A stretch of DNA of 64,000 nucleotides from Oligoflexia bacterium (GTDB lineage Bacteria > Bdellovibrionota > UBA1018), in the NCBI GenBank assembly GCA_963758495.1, contig CAVWVI010000003.1, forward strand, positions 896,001 to 960,000. Direction: 5' to 3'. A program made the translations under genes and the position numbers. Position 1 is the stretch's first letter. Each line of letters starts with the position of its first letter. Below the pieces are notes generated by a model, which made no database searches, was not told the origin of the DNA, and saw only the letters and a program-made list of their open reading frames with translations. Below, piece after piece: positions 52,847 to 62,095 of this stretch.

Positions 52847-55339
52847 TCATTTAGGCAATTTCTTATTCAACTCAGCTAGTAAGCGATTCAAATAATCTGA
52901 AACTTCTAGAAAATGTCTTTTAGTATTAGAATTATACAGCATATAATTCTTATTTATATTTTCCAGGTTCCTTTTATATGCCCTCAGCTGCCAATCTATT
53001 TTTTTTAAATTTGAGATACTTAATTCATCCTGATTTTTTTTCATGAATTCGTCGTACTTATGTAAAACCGAATCGAGGGCCGATAAATTTGCATTAGTTT
53101 TACTTCTATTTAACTTTGAAAACTGTTTAATAGATCTGGCCGCCAAATTCTTCAATTCAGCCGCGAGCTGATTCTCCTTCTCCCGTTGTCTCTTCTTCTG
53201 AAGAAGATCATCAGGACTTGCCTTTTCATCATTTACCTGTTCCAGATCTTTCTTCTTCTTGTTCAGTACTTTAATTTTCTCTGCCATTTCTGAAATTAAT
53301 TTTCCATTCTTATCAGAATAAGAATTTTGATTCTGTTGATCACCTGAAATTAATTGAGAAGAATGAATTGAAACAGGTGAGGCGAGGGGAAAATTTGGAC
53401 CTCCATGTTTAAAGTAAGGGCTCAAATAATAATGAGAATCTGCTTCTTTGGCTAAATGGTCAGCCACCTCTGCATCAGACTTATTTTTCGTGCCCATATT
53501 TATTTCATTATGGATTTTTGCAGCCTCAAGGTAACTTTCTGCGGCTTGAACTCCTAACTTCATGATCTGTATCGCCTTATTTACCTTTTCACTTGCAGCA
53601 TTTTTAGCTTCCTGTGTTGCGGCAGGATCAGCTTTGATACGCTCCAACTCATCAATTGCGTGTATCGCTGCCAAAGCATCTATCCGTGCAGAATTCAAGC
53701 GAGACAACGCTATTAACCCTTGGGCTTTGCCTTCAGGGGATACAGAAGGAACTGATAATTCACTATCAATTCCGATGCTCAACTGACTGCCTCCCTTCAG
53801 CTTGTCTAGTATTTCATTCATCCTTGGATCGAGACTAAGAGGTGGCTTTTTTATAAGTGAATTAAATCTTTCTCCCTCACGGTTATTTTTCTCACGCATG
53901 GCCTTAAGCTCATCACCCTTAATTTGTTTATTCTTGTCAATAGACTCATACAACTCTTTAAAATCCCGAGCAGCCTCAAGAACTGTTGAGTCATTACTAA
54001 GTCGATCCTTAGGTTCCACTGAATCAGGAAGGACGTCGAACTTATGATCTTGGCGATTTTTAAGCTCCTGTATTACCGCACCTGAAGGGGTGCTTGCAGT
54101 TGCCGAATTTCCTTCCTCGACTTTCTCCACTTTTGAAGCTTCGGCATGAGGAGAGCGCGGATTGGGTTGCATAGGGGGTGGCATTGGGATAGCCAATGCA
54201 CCCAAAGCTGCAATCGGTGCATTCAAGCGGTTTCGGTATGCAATCATATTCTTTTTTAAATCATTGATATCATACTTAATATAATGAGCTAACTTCTGAT
54301 TATCTAGTCGAGACAAGTTTTTGCCTGATTGAACTAAATTTTTCTCGATTTTACTTAAACCTGCCGCGATGGAACTCAAGTGATTGTTATTAAGGGGTCC
54401 ATCAATATCAAATAAATACCTTCCATACTCTTTTAAAATGTCATGCGCTCCTTCTAGCTCCATTCTTGTTTTATCTTGATTTGAATTTTTAAAAGAAAGT
54501 TCGTCAGCAATTACTCCATAATGATTAAGAGTCATCGTTTTTTCAGCTGAACTCAGATTTACTTGAGGGCGTTCTTCTTCCTGAGTATCGTCTTTATCGA
54601 CATCACTCTCTTCATCATATCGATTATCAACTCCATGCCTACTATCGGAAGCTTGAATCCTACTATCTGCGTACTTCATCATTCTTGCAATTTCTTGGAT
54701 CTTATTGATCTCTTCTTCAGTGGCACTCTTTTGTGTACAGGAAATACAAATAGGCCCTTCGAATTGCTGACCCGTCTTTCTTTTTTTTTCAAAAGACTTA
54801 ATCAGACTCATGTAACCTTGAGCAGACATATTCTTTAACTTAGGCTTGAGTTCAGTATCGAGATCTCTTAACTTTCCAATTACAGCAGGAATCTGCTCAT
54901 TCACCGCCCGCAGCTTTCTTTTACTCTCGTCTAATAGTCTTGCTAAATCTCTCACATCAGATCTGGTCTTTTCGTATGTATCCCTTGTTATTTCATTTGA
55001 ACTTTTAGATGAAAAAAGTTGCTCCACTGTGTTTTTATGAAGACTCTTTTGAGTTCGGATCGTCTTTTCATATTCCTGAGTTAGTTCTGGAATCAGGTTT
55101 TCTAATCGATCTCTCTTTTTCTTTATCAACTCCAGCTCATCCTCATAGGCCATCAGATCTTCTAGCTTTATCAATTCCAATGAATCTAAATAGATTCCCT
55201 CACTATTCAATTGCCACCGAAGCACCGAAGTATCTAGTGGATCTTCACGCTCTAGGAGAACCCTTGCCTCGCCACGATACGGGGCAAGCGTTGCTAATAC
55301 CCAAATCCAAAGGAAGCTATGAATTACAACTTTCTTCAT
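52847..55339 (-). CDS. Large secreted coiled-coil hypothetical protein
   Basis: Signal peptide MKKVV...GEA from ATG 55339; heptad regions, CxxC, Pro-rich linker. Confidence 0.75.
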   Translation of the reverse strand: MKKVVIHSFLWIWVLATLAPYRGEARVLLEREDPLDTSVLRWQLNSEGIYLDSLELIKLEDLMAYEDELELIKKKRDRLENLIPELTQEYEKTIRTQKSLHKNTVEQLFSSKSSNEITRDTYEKTRSDVRDLARLLDESKRKLRAVNEQIPAVIGKLRDLDTELKPKLKNMSAQGYMSLIKSFEKKRKTGQQFEGPICISCTQKSATEEEINKIQEIARMMKYADSRIQASDSRHGVDNRYDEESDVDKDDTQEEERPQVNLSSAEKTMTLNHYGVIADELSFKNSNQDKTRMELEGAHDILKEYGRYLFDIDGPLNNNHLSSIAAGLSKIEKNLVQSGKNLSRLDNQKLAHYIKYDINDLKKNMIAYRNRLNAPIAALGALAIPMPPPMQPNPRSPHAEASKVEKVEEGNSATASTPSGAVIQELKNRQDHKFDVLPDSVEPKDRLSNDSTVLEAARDFKELYESIDKNKQIKGDELKAMREKNNREGERFNSLIKKPPLSLDPRMNEILDKLKGGSQLSIGIDSELSVPSVSPEGKAQGLIALSRLNSARIDALAAIHAIDELERIKADPAATQEAKNAASEKVNKAIQIMKLGVQAAESYLEAAKIHNEINMGTKNKSDAEVADHLAKEADSHYYLSPYFKHGGPNFPLASPVSIHSSQLISGDQQNQNSYSDKNGKLISEMAEKIKVLNKKKKDLEQVNDEKASPDDLLQKKRQREKENQLAAELKNLAARSIKQFSKLNRSKTNANLSALDSVLHKYDEFMKKNQDELSISNLKKIDWQLRAYKRNLENINKNYMLYNSNTKRHFLEVSDYLNRLLAELNKKLPK

Positions 55340-55634
55340 AGTTGAATTTTTTCGATCGAATTTCGGATTAAGCATATGACATCCCCGAATCATTTTATTC
55401 GACTTCACTACAACCACCCTTTAGAGGATACTTTTGTAAAACCAATTTAAAGTGACCTGTTGTTATTTATTATATTATAAATTGATAATTTTATTAACTA
55501 TTTTAGCACACAGAAAACCATTTACTGCAAGTATCTGATTTTAAACAATATATATACCAGAAGTATAAAATATAAATATATATTATTTAATAATAACAAT
55601 GATAAAATAAAAACTAGACAAGGGAACGATCATC

Positions 55635-57698
55635 ATGAAAATAAACAAACGTAAATTAGTCATCCAATCAATTACAATCCTATTATTAAGCATACTAGAA
55701 ATAAACTCCGCATGGAGTATACCTAACGATGACATAATGACTGATCTACTTTACAATGCCATATTAAAAAATAACATCATAATGGTAAAAACAGAGATTA
55801 AACTAGGTGCCGATGTAAACAAAGTTGATATGGTAGGATGGACACCTCTTACTTTTGCTGCATCCGAAGGTAATTTAGGCATAGTAAAAGTCTTAGTTGA
55901 AAGTGGCTCAATAATAAATCCAAGCCCGGGTAACTGGACTCATACACCACTTTATTCAGCTGTTCTTTCTGGTAAAATAGAAGTTGTTAAGTTTTTGCTT
56001 AATAACAATGCCAGCATAAATCAGAAAAACTTTATGGGTGAGACTGCACTCTATGCAGCCGTGGAAAATGAAAACAAAGAGATCATTAAACTACTTATTC
56101 ATTATGGGGCTGATATAAATATTCAAAATTATGATAAAAAAACATCTTTTGACGAAGCAAAAAAAAGGAACTTGGACCAATTTATAAAAAATTTATTGGC
56201 CGAACGCGATCAAGTCAATCATGTTCAAAATAAAAATAGAGTCATGCCAGAATCAAATTACAAAAGAGGAAGCGATCTCCCTCAAATAAAGGAGGTTCAA
56301 CCTGCTCTAGAGACACTTAAAAAAGCTGCGAGCTTAGGGAACCTAAAAGCACAATCTAAACTATTAGAAATGTATTTAAACGATACCAAAGTTGATCGCA
56401 ATTTATTCACACAAAAGGTTCTTCATTGGTACAAAAAGGCGGCTCTTCTCGGAGATGCAAAGGCACAATTTAACCTTGCAGAGCTTTATAATAATGGCAT
56501 CGGGGTTGAGAAGAATCAAAGTACAGCACTCATGTGGTACAAAAAGGCTGCGCAACAGGGTGATGAAGCAGCAAAAGCGCATCTTAATTTGCTTGGCACT
56601 CAACCTAAAAGTGAAACCGCCTCTATTGTAAAAATACCTGAAGGAAAAGAGACGAATTATCAAAAAGGAATTGATTTTCTGAAAAATAAAGACCTTGAAG
56701 GGGCGCGAGAGGCTTTTAAAAAAGCTGCCGATGGGGGTGATGCAAAGGCACAATCCCATCTTGGTTCTATCTATCTTGATGAACATAACTACCGAACAGC
56801 AGCCTCATGGTTTGAAAAAGCTGCCATTCAGGGCGATGTAAAGGCACAATTTAATCTTGGACTACTCTATGCACAGGGCCTTGGAGTTAAAGCAGACGAG
56901 AATAAAGCACTTGTTTGGTTTAAAAAGTCGGCTCTTCATGAAGATGGAGATAGTGAAATGCAAAATGATTTAGGAGAGATGTATGCCAATGGAGAATCTG
57001 TAAAAAGAAGCCTTTCAGAAGCAGTTAAATTATTTCAAATGGCTGCTAAACAAGGAAATCAATCCGCAATGGACGCGCTCGATAATTTTAGTATTCGACG
57101 TGAAAATGGGATCGAGCTAATTACAAAAGCGGATGATATGCCATTTTCTAAGCTAAAAAAGATGACAAATGATTGTTTTGATGCTGCATTAGCAAAAAAG
57201 GCATTACTTCAAGAAAGAAAGATAAAGACACAGCAACTCAATAAACTGAAAGAATCAGCTCAAAAAAATTCACATTCTACTGAGGGAATTACGGTTAAAA
57301 ATCAAATTAAAGCATTAGAAAAGGAAATCAATACGATATCCAGTGACAATCAATGTAGCATTTGCTTTGATTGTTATTTAGATAAAGGATCGATTGTTAC
57401 CCCTCAGTGTCAGAAATTAAGAAAAGATGATTTCAAGGAAGATAAAGCTCATCATTTTTTCTGTACGGACTGCTTTTATGAACTTCTGGCCTCATCATCA
57501 GCGCAAGAATGCCCGATCTGTAAATATGGAGAATGTGACCAATTTCTTACTGAAATTAACTTTGACCCAACAAGTGAAGAACAACAAAAACTAGAGCACA
57601 AAAAATTAATTTCAGATAAAAGCAAAAAAGAACTTTCTAATGAAGAAAATCCAAAGCCTGTCCAAGGAGCTTCTTCTTCGTCCACTCAAGCTCGATAG
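55635..57698 (+). CDS. Secreted ankyrin-repeat + Sel1-like repeat + RING-finger protein
   Basis: Signal peptide; GWTPL/HTPLY/GETALY ankyrins; AQFNLA/WYKKAA Sel1 repeats; CSIC...C...HFFCTDC...CPIC. Confidence 0.88.
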   Translation: MKINKRKLVIQSITILLLSILEINSAWSIPNDDIMTDLLYNAILKNNIIMVKTEIKLGADVNKVDMVGWTPLTFAASEGNLGIVKVLVESGSIINPSPGNWTHTPLYSAVLSGKIEVVKFLLNNNASINQKNFMGETALYAAVENENKEIIKLLIHYGADINIQNYDKKTSFDEAKKRNLDQFIKNLLAERDQVNHVQNKNRVMPESNYKRGSDLPQIKEVQPALETLKKAASLGNLKAQSKLLEMYLNDTKVDRNLFTQKVLHWYKKAALLGDAKAQFNLAELYNNGIGVEKNQSTALMWYKKAAQQGDEAAKAHLNLLGTQPKSETASIVKIPEGKETNYQKGIDFLKNKDLEGAREAFKKAADGGDAKAQSHLGSIYLDEHNYRTAASWFEKAAIQGDVKAQFNLGLLYAQGLGVKADENKALVWFKKSALHEDGDSEMQNDLGEMYANGESVKRSLSEAVKLFQMAAKQGNQSAMDALDNFSIRRENGIELITKADDMPFSKLKKMTNDCFDAALAKKALLQERKIKTQQLNKLKESAQKNSHSTEGITVKNQIKALEKEINTISSDNQCSICFDCYLDKGSIVTPQCQKLRKDDFKEDKAHHFFCTDCFYELLASSSAQECPICKYGECDQFLTEINFDPTSEEQQKLEHKKLISDKSKKELSNEENPKPVQGASSSSTQAR

Positions 57699-57703
57699 GA
57701 CAC

Positions 57704-58222
57704 CTACAGCGAAGCCGGGACAATTCGTTCAATTTCAATTTTAGAAAGTCTATTAAATTCAATTTTGCAGATGGTCCTACTTTTATCAACTCCTATACAC
57801 AGTTGTCCTACCTGATATATCGAATGCGCCTCAACTATCGGAGCCAACAAAAATGAAACGAAGTCCATTCCAATTACTGTTTTAAAATCAAATAATTCAT
57901 CTCTAAATCTATTGGAAAAATTATCGTCAGTAACCCAGTCCTTGACGTTACAAATCGGTATACCTTCAATTAGATTTTTTGTACCAGGCTCCCATTGTAC
58001 TTCGCTTTTTTGAGCATTTTCAATACCAGGAATTTTAATACAGCAAATGGCCCCCGTATCAGGGTTCATCCCCACCTCTATAAGTGATTTTTTAAAATTA
58101 CCTGTTCGCCAGTAAATCGGCATAGAAGAGTGCGTATCTCTGCACTTGAAAACAATGGTTGCATAATCATCAATTTCTAATGAGCAGGTTTTTGGAAGTA
58201 ACGAATCTATAATCTGTAACAT
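57704..58222 (-). CDS. Probable immunity protein of the upstream polymorphic toxin
   Basis: Small ORF starting 8 nt after the toxin stop, co-oriented; YWRTG...LIEVG. Confidence 0.7.
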   Translation of the reverse strand: MLQIIDSLLPKTCSLEIDDYATIVFKCRDTHSSMPIYWRTGNFKKSLIEVGMNPDTGAICCIKIPGIENAQKSEVQWEPGTKNLIEGIPICNVKDWVTDDNFSNRFRDELFDFKTVIGMDFVSFLLAPIVEAHSIYQVGQLCIGVDKSRTICKIEFNRLSKIEIERIVPASL

Positions 58223-58230
58223 TTATCATC

Positions 58231-60699
58231 CTATCTATATAAAGCATGAATTAGAGCAGGAAGTTGACCTACTTGACGCGGAACTCCAAACTTCAATTCC
58301 CATCCTCCCACCTGTATTATTTCTCCAAATCTTACTCCCTGACGTGTAGCAGCTTCTACAGCAGCTTTCAAACTTCCCAATTGCACTTGGCTTGCCAAGC
58401 GCACAGCTTCAGGAGCCCCATTTACAGCCCGGCCTACTGCATACTCAGCAATATGCTCAGTAGCATTTCCATTTACCCAAAACTTTCCCGTACTTGCGCT
58501 TAACTCAAAAGACTTTGGAATGACCGATCCCTTATATACAGGTTGAGTAGCTTTAATCGAATCCCAAACAGTCCCTGTAGAATCCACAACCCTGGACTCA
58601 ACACTTCTCGCTGCACTACTCGCACCACTATCTACAGCAGCACCTACCTCAGCTCGTAATACTTTATTAGCCGCAGCTCCAGCTGCCACTTTAGCACCTT
58701 CATTACAATTGTGAACTAAAACATCAGCTGCATAATAATTATGATTCCCTTGAACATCTAAATTATAAACATCAAACTGGCCATACTCTTCACTGATATC
58801 CTCTAAAAGAACAATCTCTCCTGAGATGTTCTGGAGTTGATCCCCGATTCGAAGATCTCGAGCTTCAACCCAATCCTTTTTATTTACAACATAGAATGGG
58901 TGTTCATCAGTGGTTTTTAATATTTTTCCATCGAAAAAAAGCTGAATCAAGTGGTCGGTAGTATTTTTAAATACCTGTTGCACTTGACGGCATTCACAAC
59001 CCTCTTCACCTAATTCTAGATTACAGCTTGCAACAGCGTCACCCACTTGTATCGATGCAATCGGTTCCGAATGGTAACCCATCGCGCTATCATCTTTTAC
59101 ACAAATCGGGGTTTCACCAGGAAAGCAAAATACTTTGCCTGCACCATAAACTGCTGCTTGAGCTACACCTTTTAAAGCCATTTTCCCTACAGCACTTGCA
59201 AGTAATAAGGTATCTTCGGGGTTGGGAATAAGCGGCTTATCTTCAGCTTCAAGTTTTTGTCGGTACTGAGCTTCGATGGCTTCCACCTCTGCCCTAATGT
59301 GCGCAGTTTCAATCGCTTCTACCTCAGCCTTGATCCGTTGCTCCTCAGCTTCGGCCTTTTGTTTCTGCTGGGCTTCGTAAGCTTCCACCTCTCTTCGAAG
59401 TTCAGCTTCAACGTCCCTTACTTCTTTTCCATAATTCTTAGATTCATACTCCTCTACCTCTCTTCGGAGTGCAGCTTCAGCATCATCCTCGTCATTTTGC
59501 TGATGTCGATTACTATCGTTCTGATGGGTCGTAGCTTTCCGCCGTTGCTCAGCCTCCATCATTCGATTCACTTCAGCTTCATACGCTTCTGCTTTATTTC
59601 GATTTTTCTTGGCCTCAACTAACTTTCTCTCTGCCTCAGCTCTTTGTTGTTCCTGAAGTTTAAGCAGTTGTGCCTCTGCTCGGATCCTTCGAAAGTTTTC
59701 AGCTGCAATCCATTGTTGTTTCTCTTCGAGCTTATCTTGGTTCTCTTTTTTCTTTGCGAACTCTTCCTCTTGTTTTTTCTGCCTCTCCGCTTCAATTCTT
59801 CGCTTTTCTTCAAGCTTTTGCTCTTTCTCATCAGCCTGTCGTTGTTGCTCAGCTCTAAATCGTTCAGCCTGAGCTGCAAGCCTTTTCTTCTCCTCATCAA
59901 TTCGTTGTTGGCGCAAAGCTTCAAGTCGTTGTTGTTCAGCCTCGATCTCTTGTTGCCTCTTAAAGTCACGTTGCCGCTTTTCCTCAGCTTCACGTTTCTT
60001 TCGTGCTTCATGTTCAAGCTTTTGCCTCTCTGCGACTTCACGCCTTTGTTGTTCTTCAGCTTCACGTCGTCGTTGCTGTTCTCCTTCAATTCGTCGTTGA
60101 GGATTATAAAAATTTTCCAGAACTTGTGCCAACTCTGCAACATCAGATGCAGTCTGACTCCTATGTCGATGTTGTTTCACAAAATCTCTAAAATTTTCCA
60201 TCGCCCATGTTAACACCTCGATCTGATCCTTAAGTCCTCCTAGTTGCCTTGCGAGTGTAAGCAACTTTTGATACTCATTTTCCCGATGCTGAAGCATCAC
60301 ATCAAATTGTTGCTGTTGGAGCTGGTAATTAAATCGTTGCTGTTGAAGTTGGGCATTAAACATTTGAGCTTGTTGCATCCCCATAACTCCATACATGTTC
60401 GAAGACTGCTGTGGCCCAGGGACATTAAATTGAGGGCGAACTCGAAGATTATTTAATGGTCCAGGTTGATTATAAACCGGACGAGGTGCCGATCTCTGCT
60501 GTAAGGGTTGTGAAGGTGCTGACCGAAAATTTCTAGATGAGCCGGGATCATTTGCCGAATTTGATATTGCTTGAACCTGAGGTACAGAGACTAGAGCAAA
60601 CGATGTGCACAAGATCCCTACTTTTATCGTATCTAAAGAGAGAGTTAAGTGCTTAATCAACTTCATAAACATAATTTTTCCGATCCTAATATTAAACAA
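58231..60699 (-). CDS. Polymorphic toxin: signal peptide, Gln-rich region, charged helical stalk, Hint domain, C-terminal toxin-like domain (start possibly ATG 60672)
   Basis: CFPGETP...TTDEHPFY...VYNLDVQGNHNYY...LVHN/C Hint motifs; ~158-aa tip. Confidence 0.85.
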   Translation of the reverse strand: MFNIRIGKIMFMKLIKHLTLSLDTIKVGILCTSFALVSVPQVQAISNSANDPGSSRNFRSAPSQPLQQRSAPRPVYNQPGPLNNLRVRPQFNVPGPQQSSNMYGVMGMQQAQMFNAQLQQQRFNYQLQQQQFDVMLQHRENEYQKLLTLARQLGGLKDQIEVLTWAMENFRDFVKQHRHRSQTASDVAELAQVLENFYNPQRRIEGEQQRRREAEEQQRREVAERQKLEHEARKKREAEEKRQRDFKRQQEIEAEQQRLEALRQQRIDEEKKRLAAQAERFRAEQQRQADEKEQKLEEKRRIEAERQKKQEEEFAKKKENQDKLEEKQQWIAAENFRRIRAEAQLLKLQEQQRAEAERKLVEAKKNRNKAEAYEAEVNRMMEAEQRRKATTHQNDSNRHQQNDEDDAEAALRREVEEYESKNYGKEVRDVEAELRREVEAYEAQQKQKAEAEEQRIKAEVEAIETAHIRAEVEAIEAQYRQKLEAEDKPLIPNPEDTLLLASAVGKMALKGVAQAAVYGAGKVFCFPGETPICVKDDSAMGYHSEPIASIQVGDAVASCNLELGEEGCECRQVQQVFKNTTDHLIQLFFDGKILKTTDEHPFYVVNKKDWVEARDLRIGDQLQNISGEIVLLEDISEEYGQFDVYNLDVQGNHNYYAADVLVHNCNEGAKVAAGAAANKVLRAEVGAAVDSGASSAARSVESRVVDSTGTVWDSIKATQPVYKGSVIPKSFELSASTGKFWVNGNATEHIAEYAVGRAVNGAPEAVRLASQVQLGSLKAAVEAATRQGVRFGEIIQVGGWELKFGVPRQVGQLPALIHALYR

Positions 60700-60724
60700 T
60701 TATAAATATTATTTATTTAATATA

Positions 60725-60740
60725 AGCAACGGACGTGCCA
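60725..60740 (-). promoter_or_regulatory. Sigma54 promoter TGGCACGTCCGTTGCT
   Basis: Perfect TGGCAC-N5-TTGC upstream of toxin gene; IHF-like ATTCAAGGGTTTA at 60756-60768. Confidence 0.8.
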
Positions 60741-61108
60741 TTTTTTATCCTTTAAATTCAAGGGTTTAAAATTTACACAAAATTACTTTTTATAGTTTGA
60801 TTAACAATTCACTAATACTTGTACACTCTCGAGGGTCTCCATCAAAAAAGTGTAATGTGCGAAAAATGACACGAAAAAATACCGATCGTGCTCATGGATC
60901 ATTCATTATTTATAGATACTTAACTATAGATACTGACCAATGATTTATTCGGCATTTGCAGGCACAACACTGTGTACGGCATTTCTGGTGCTGAGCAGCC
61001 CATCCTCCTTGCTCCCTTTAAACATGGCCCCAACGGACTATAACAACAGATTAAATTATTGATTTTTCAGCTCCCAAAGATGCTATAGAAGACTTCTAGG
61101 AAATTTTA

Positions 61109-61963
61109 ATGCTTAATTCTCCATCTTTTTTCACACTCAGTTTGGCACGAAGGTCTATGGTTCTGTTGCTTTTGGGCTCTTTGTTACCCACCTGGTCCAG
61201 CGCAAACACTCCACCAGACGAGCTTAAAAAGGTAGGAATTACAGAACATTTAGGTGACTCTCTCAAGATAAAAGAGCTTTCGTTTCGAGACGAACAAGGA
61301 AAATCGGTAATTCTTGCAAATTACTTTAATCAGAATCGGCCGGTCATTTTAGCTCTCGTTTATTACAAATGTCCAAACCTCTGTAACTTACTTCTCAACG
61401 GTCTGCTCGACTCCCTGAAGAAAATAGAATGGACAACCGGAAACCAGTTTGAATTAGTGGCAATTAGTATTAATCCGAACGAAACACCTCAATTAGCCTC
61501 CGAGAAGAAAGCAAACTACCTTCAATCTTATAAACGACCCGATGCGGCTAAAGGCTGGCACTTTCTCACTGGAGAAGAAAGCCAGATTCAATCTGTCGCA
61601 TCTCAAGTAGGATTTCATTACAGGTACGATGAAACTGAAAAACAGTATGCGCACACCGCTGCTCTATTTGTCCTCACTCCCCAGGGACAACTCTCACGTT
61701 ACCTCTACGGGATTTCATTTCTGCCTAAGAACATTAAGTTTGCACTGATCGACGCATCCAACGGAAAAATCGGAACCGTCATGGAACGCGTGTTGTTGTA
61801 TTGCTTCCACTTTGATCCCTCTAAAAATAGCTATACATTTCGGATGTGGAGAGTTGTTCAAATCATTGTCGTCATTCAAGTGCTCGTACTGGGCGCACTT
61901 CTTTATACTCTTTGGAGAAAAGAAAAGCCAGGAAAGCATCGTTCACTCTATCCTCCAGTTTAG
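61109..61963 (+). CDS. SCO1/SenC family protein
   Basis: YYKCPNLC, WHFLTG, YAH, TPQGQLSRYLYG, C-terminal TM. Confidence 0.9.
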   Translation: MLNSPSFFTLSLARRSMVLLLLGSLLPTWSSANTPPDELKKVGITEHLGDSLKIKELSFRDEQGKSVILANYFNQNRPVILALVYYKCPNLCNLLLNGLLDSLKKIEWTTGNQFELVAISINPNETPQLASEKKANYLQSYKRPDAAKGWHFLTGEESQIQSVASQVGFHYRYDETEKQYAHTAALFVLTPQGQLSRYLYGISFLPKNIKFALIDASNGKIGTVMERVLLYCFHFDPSKNSYTFRMWRVVQIIVVIQVLVLGALLYTLWRKEKPGKHRSLYPPV

Positions 61964-62095
61964 CTACCGATTATATGAACCACGCAGACTACCTGATCAG
62001 TAGGTCGCTTCTTTATTTCAGGCTTTAGGTAGGCTGAGACTCTTGATTCCAGAATTAAAACATCCCTCATCACGAAATCAATTTAATGAACACCC

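Noticed and set aside
58708..59127. Classical intein in a housekeeping gene
   Set aside because: There is no endonuclease domain or conserved host protein; the context fits a pre-toxin Hint domain.
59257..60456. Several long overlapping ORFs within the toxin gene
   Set aside because: They are shadows of the low-complexity E/R/K/Q coding region.
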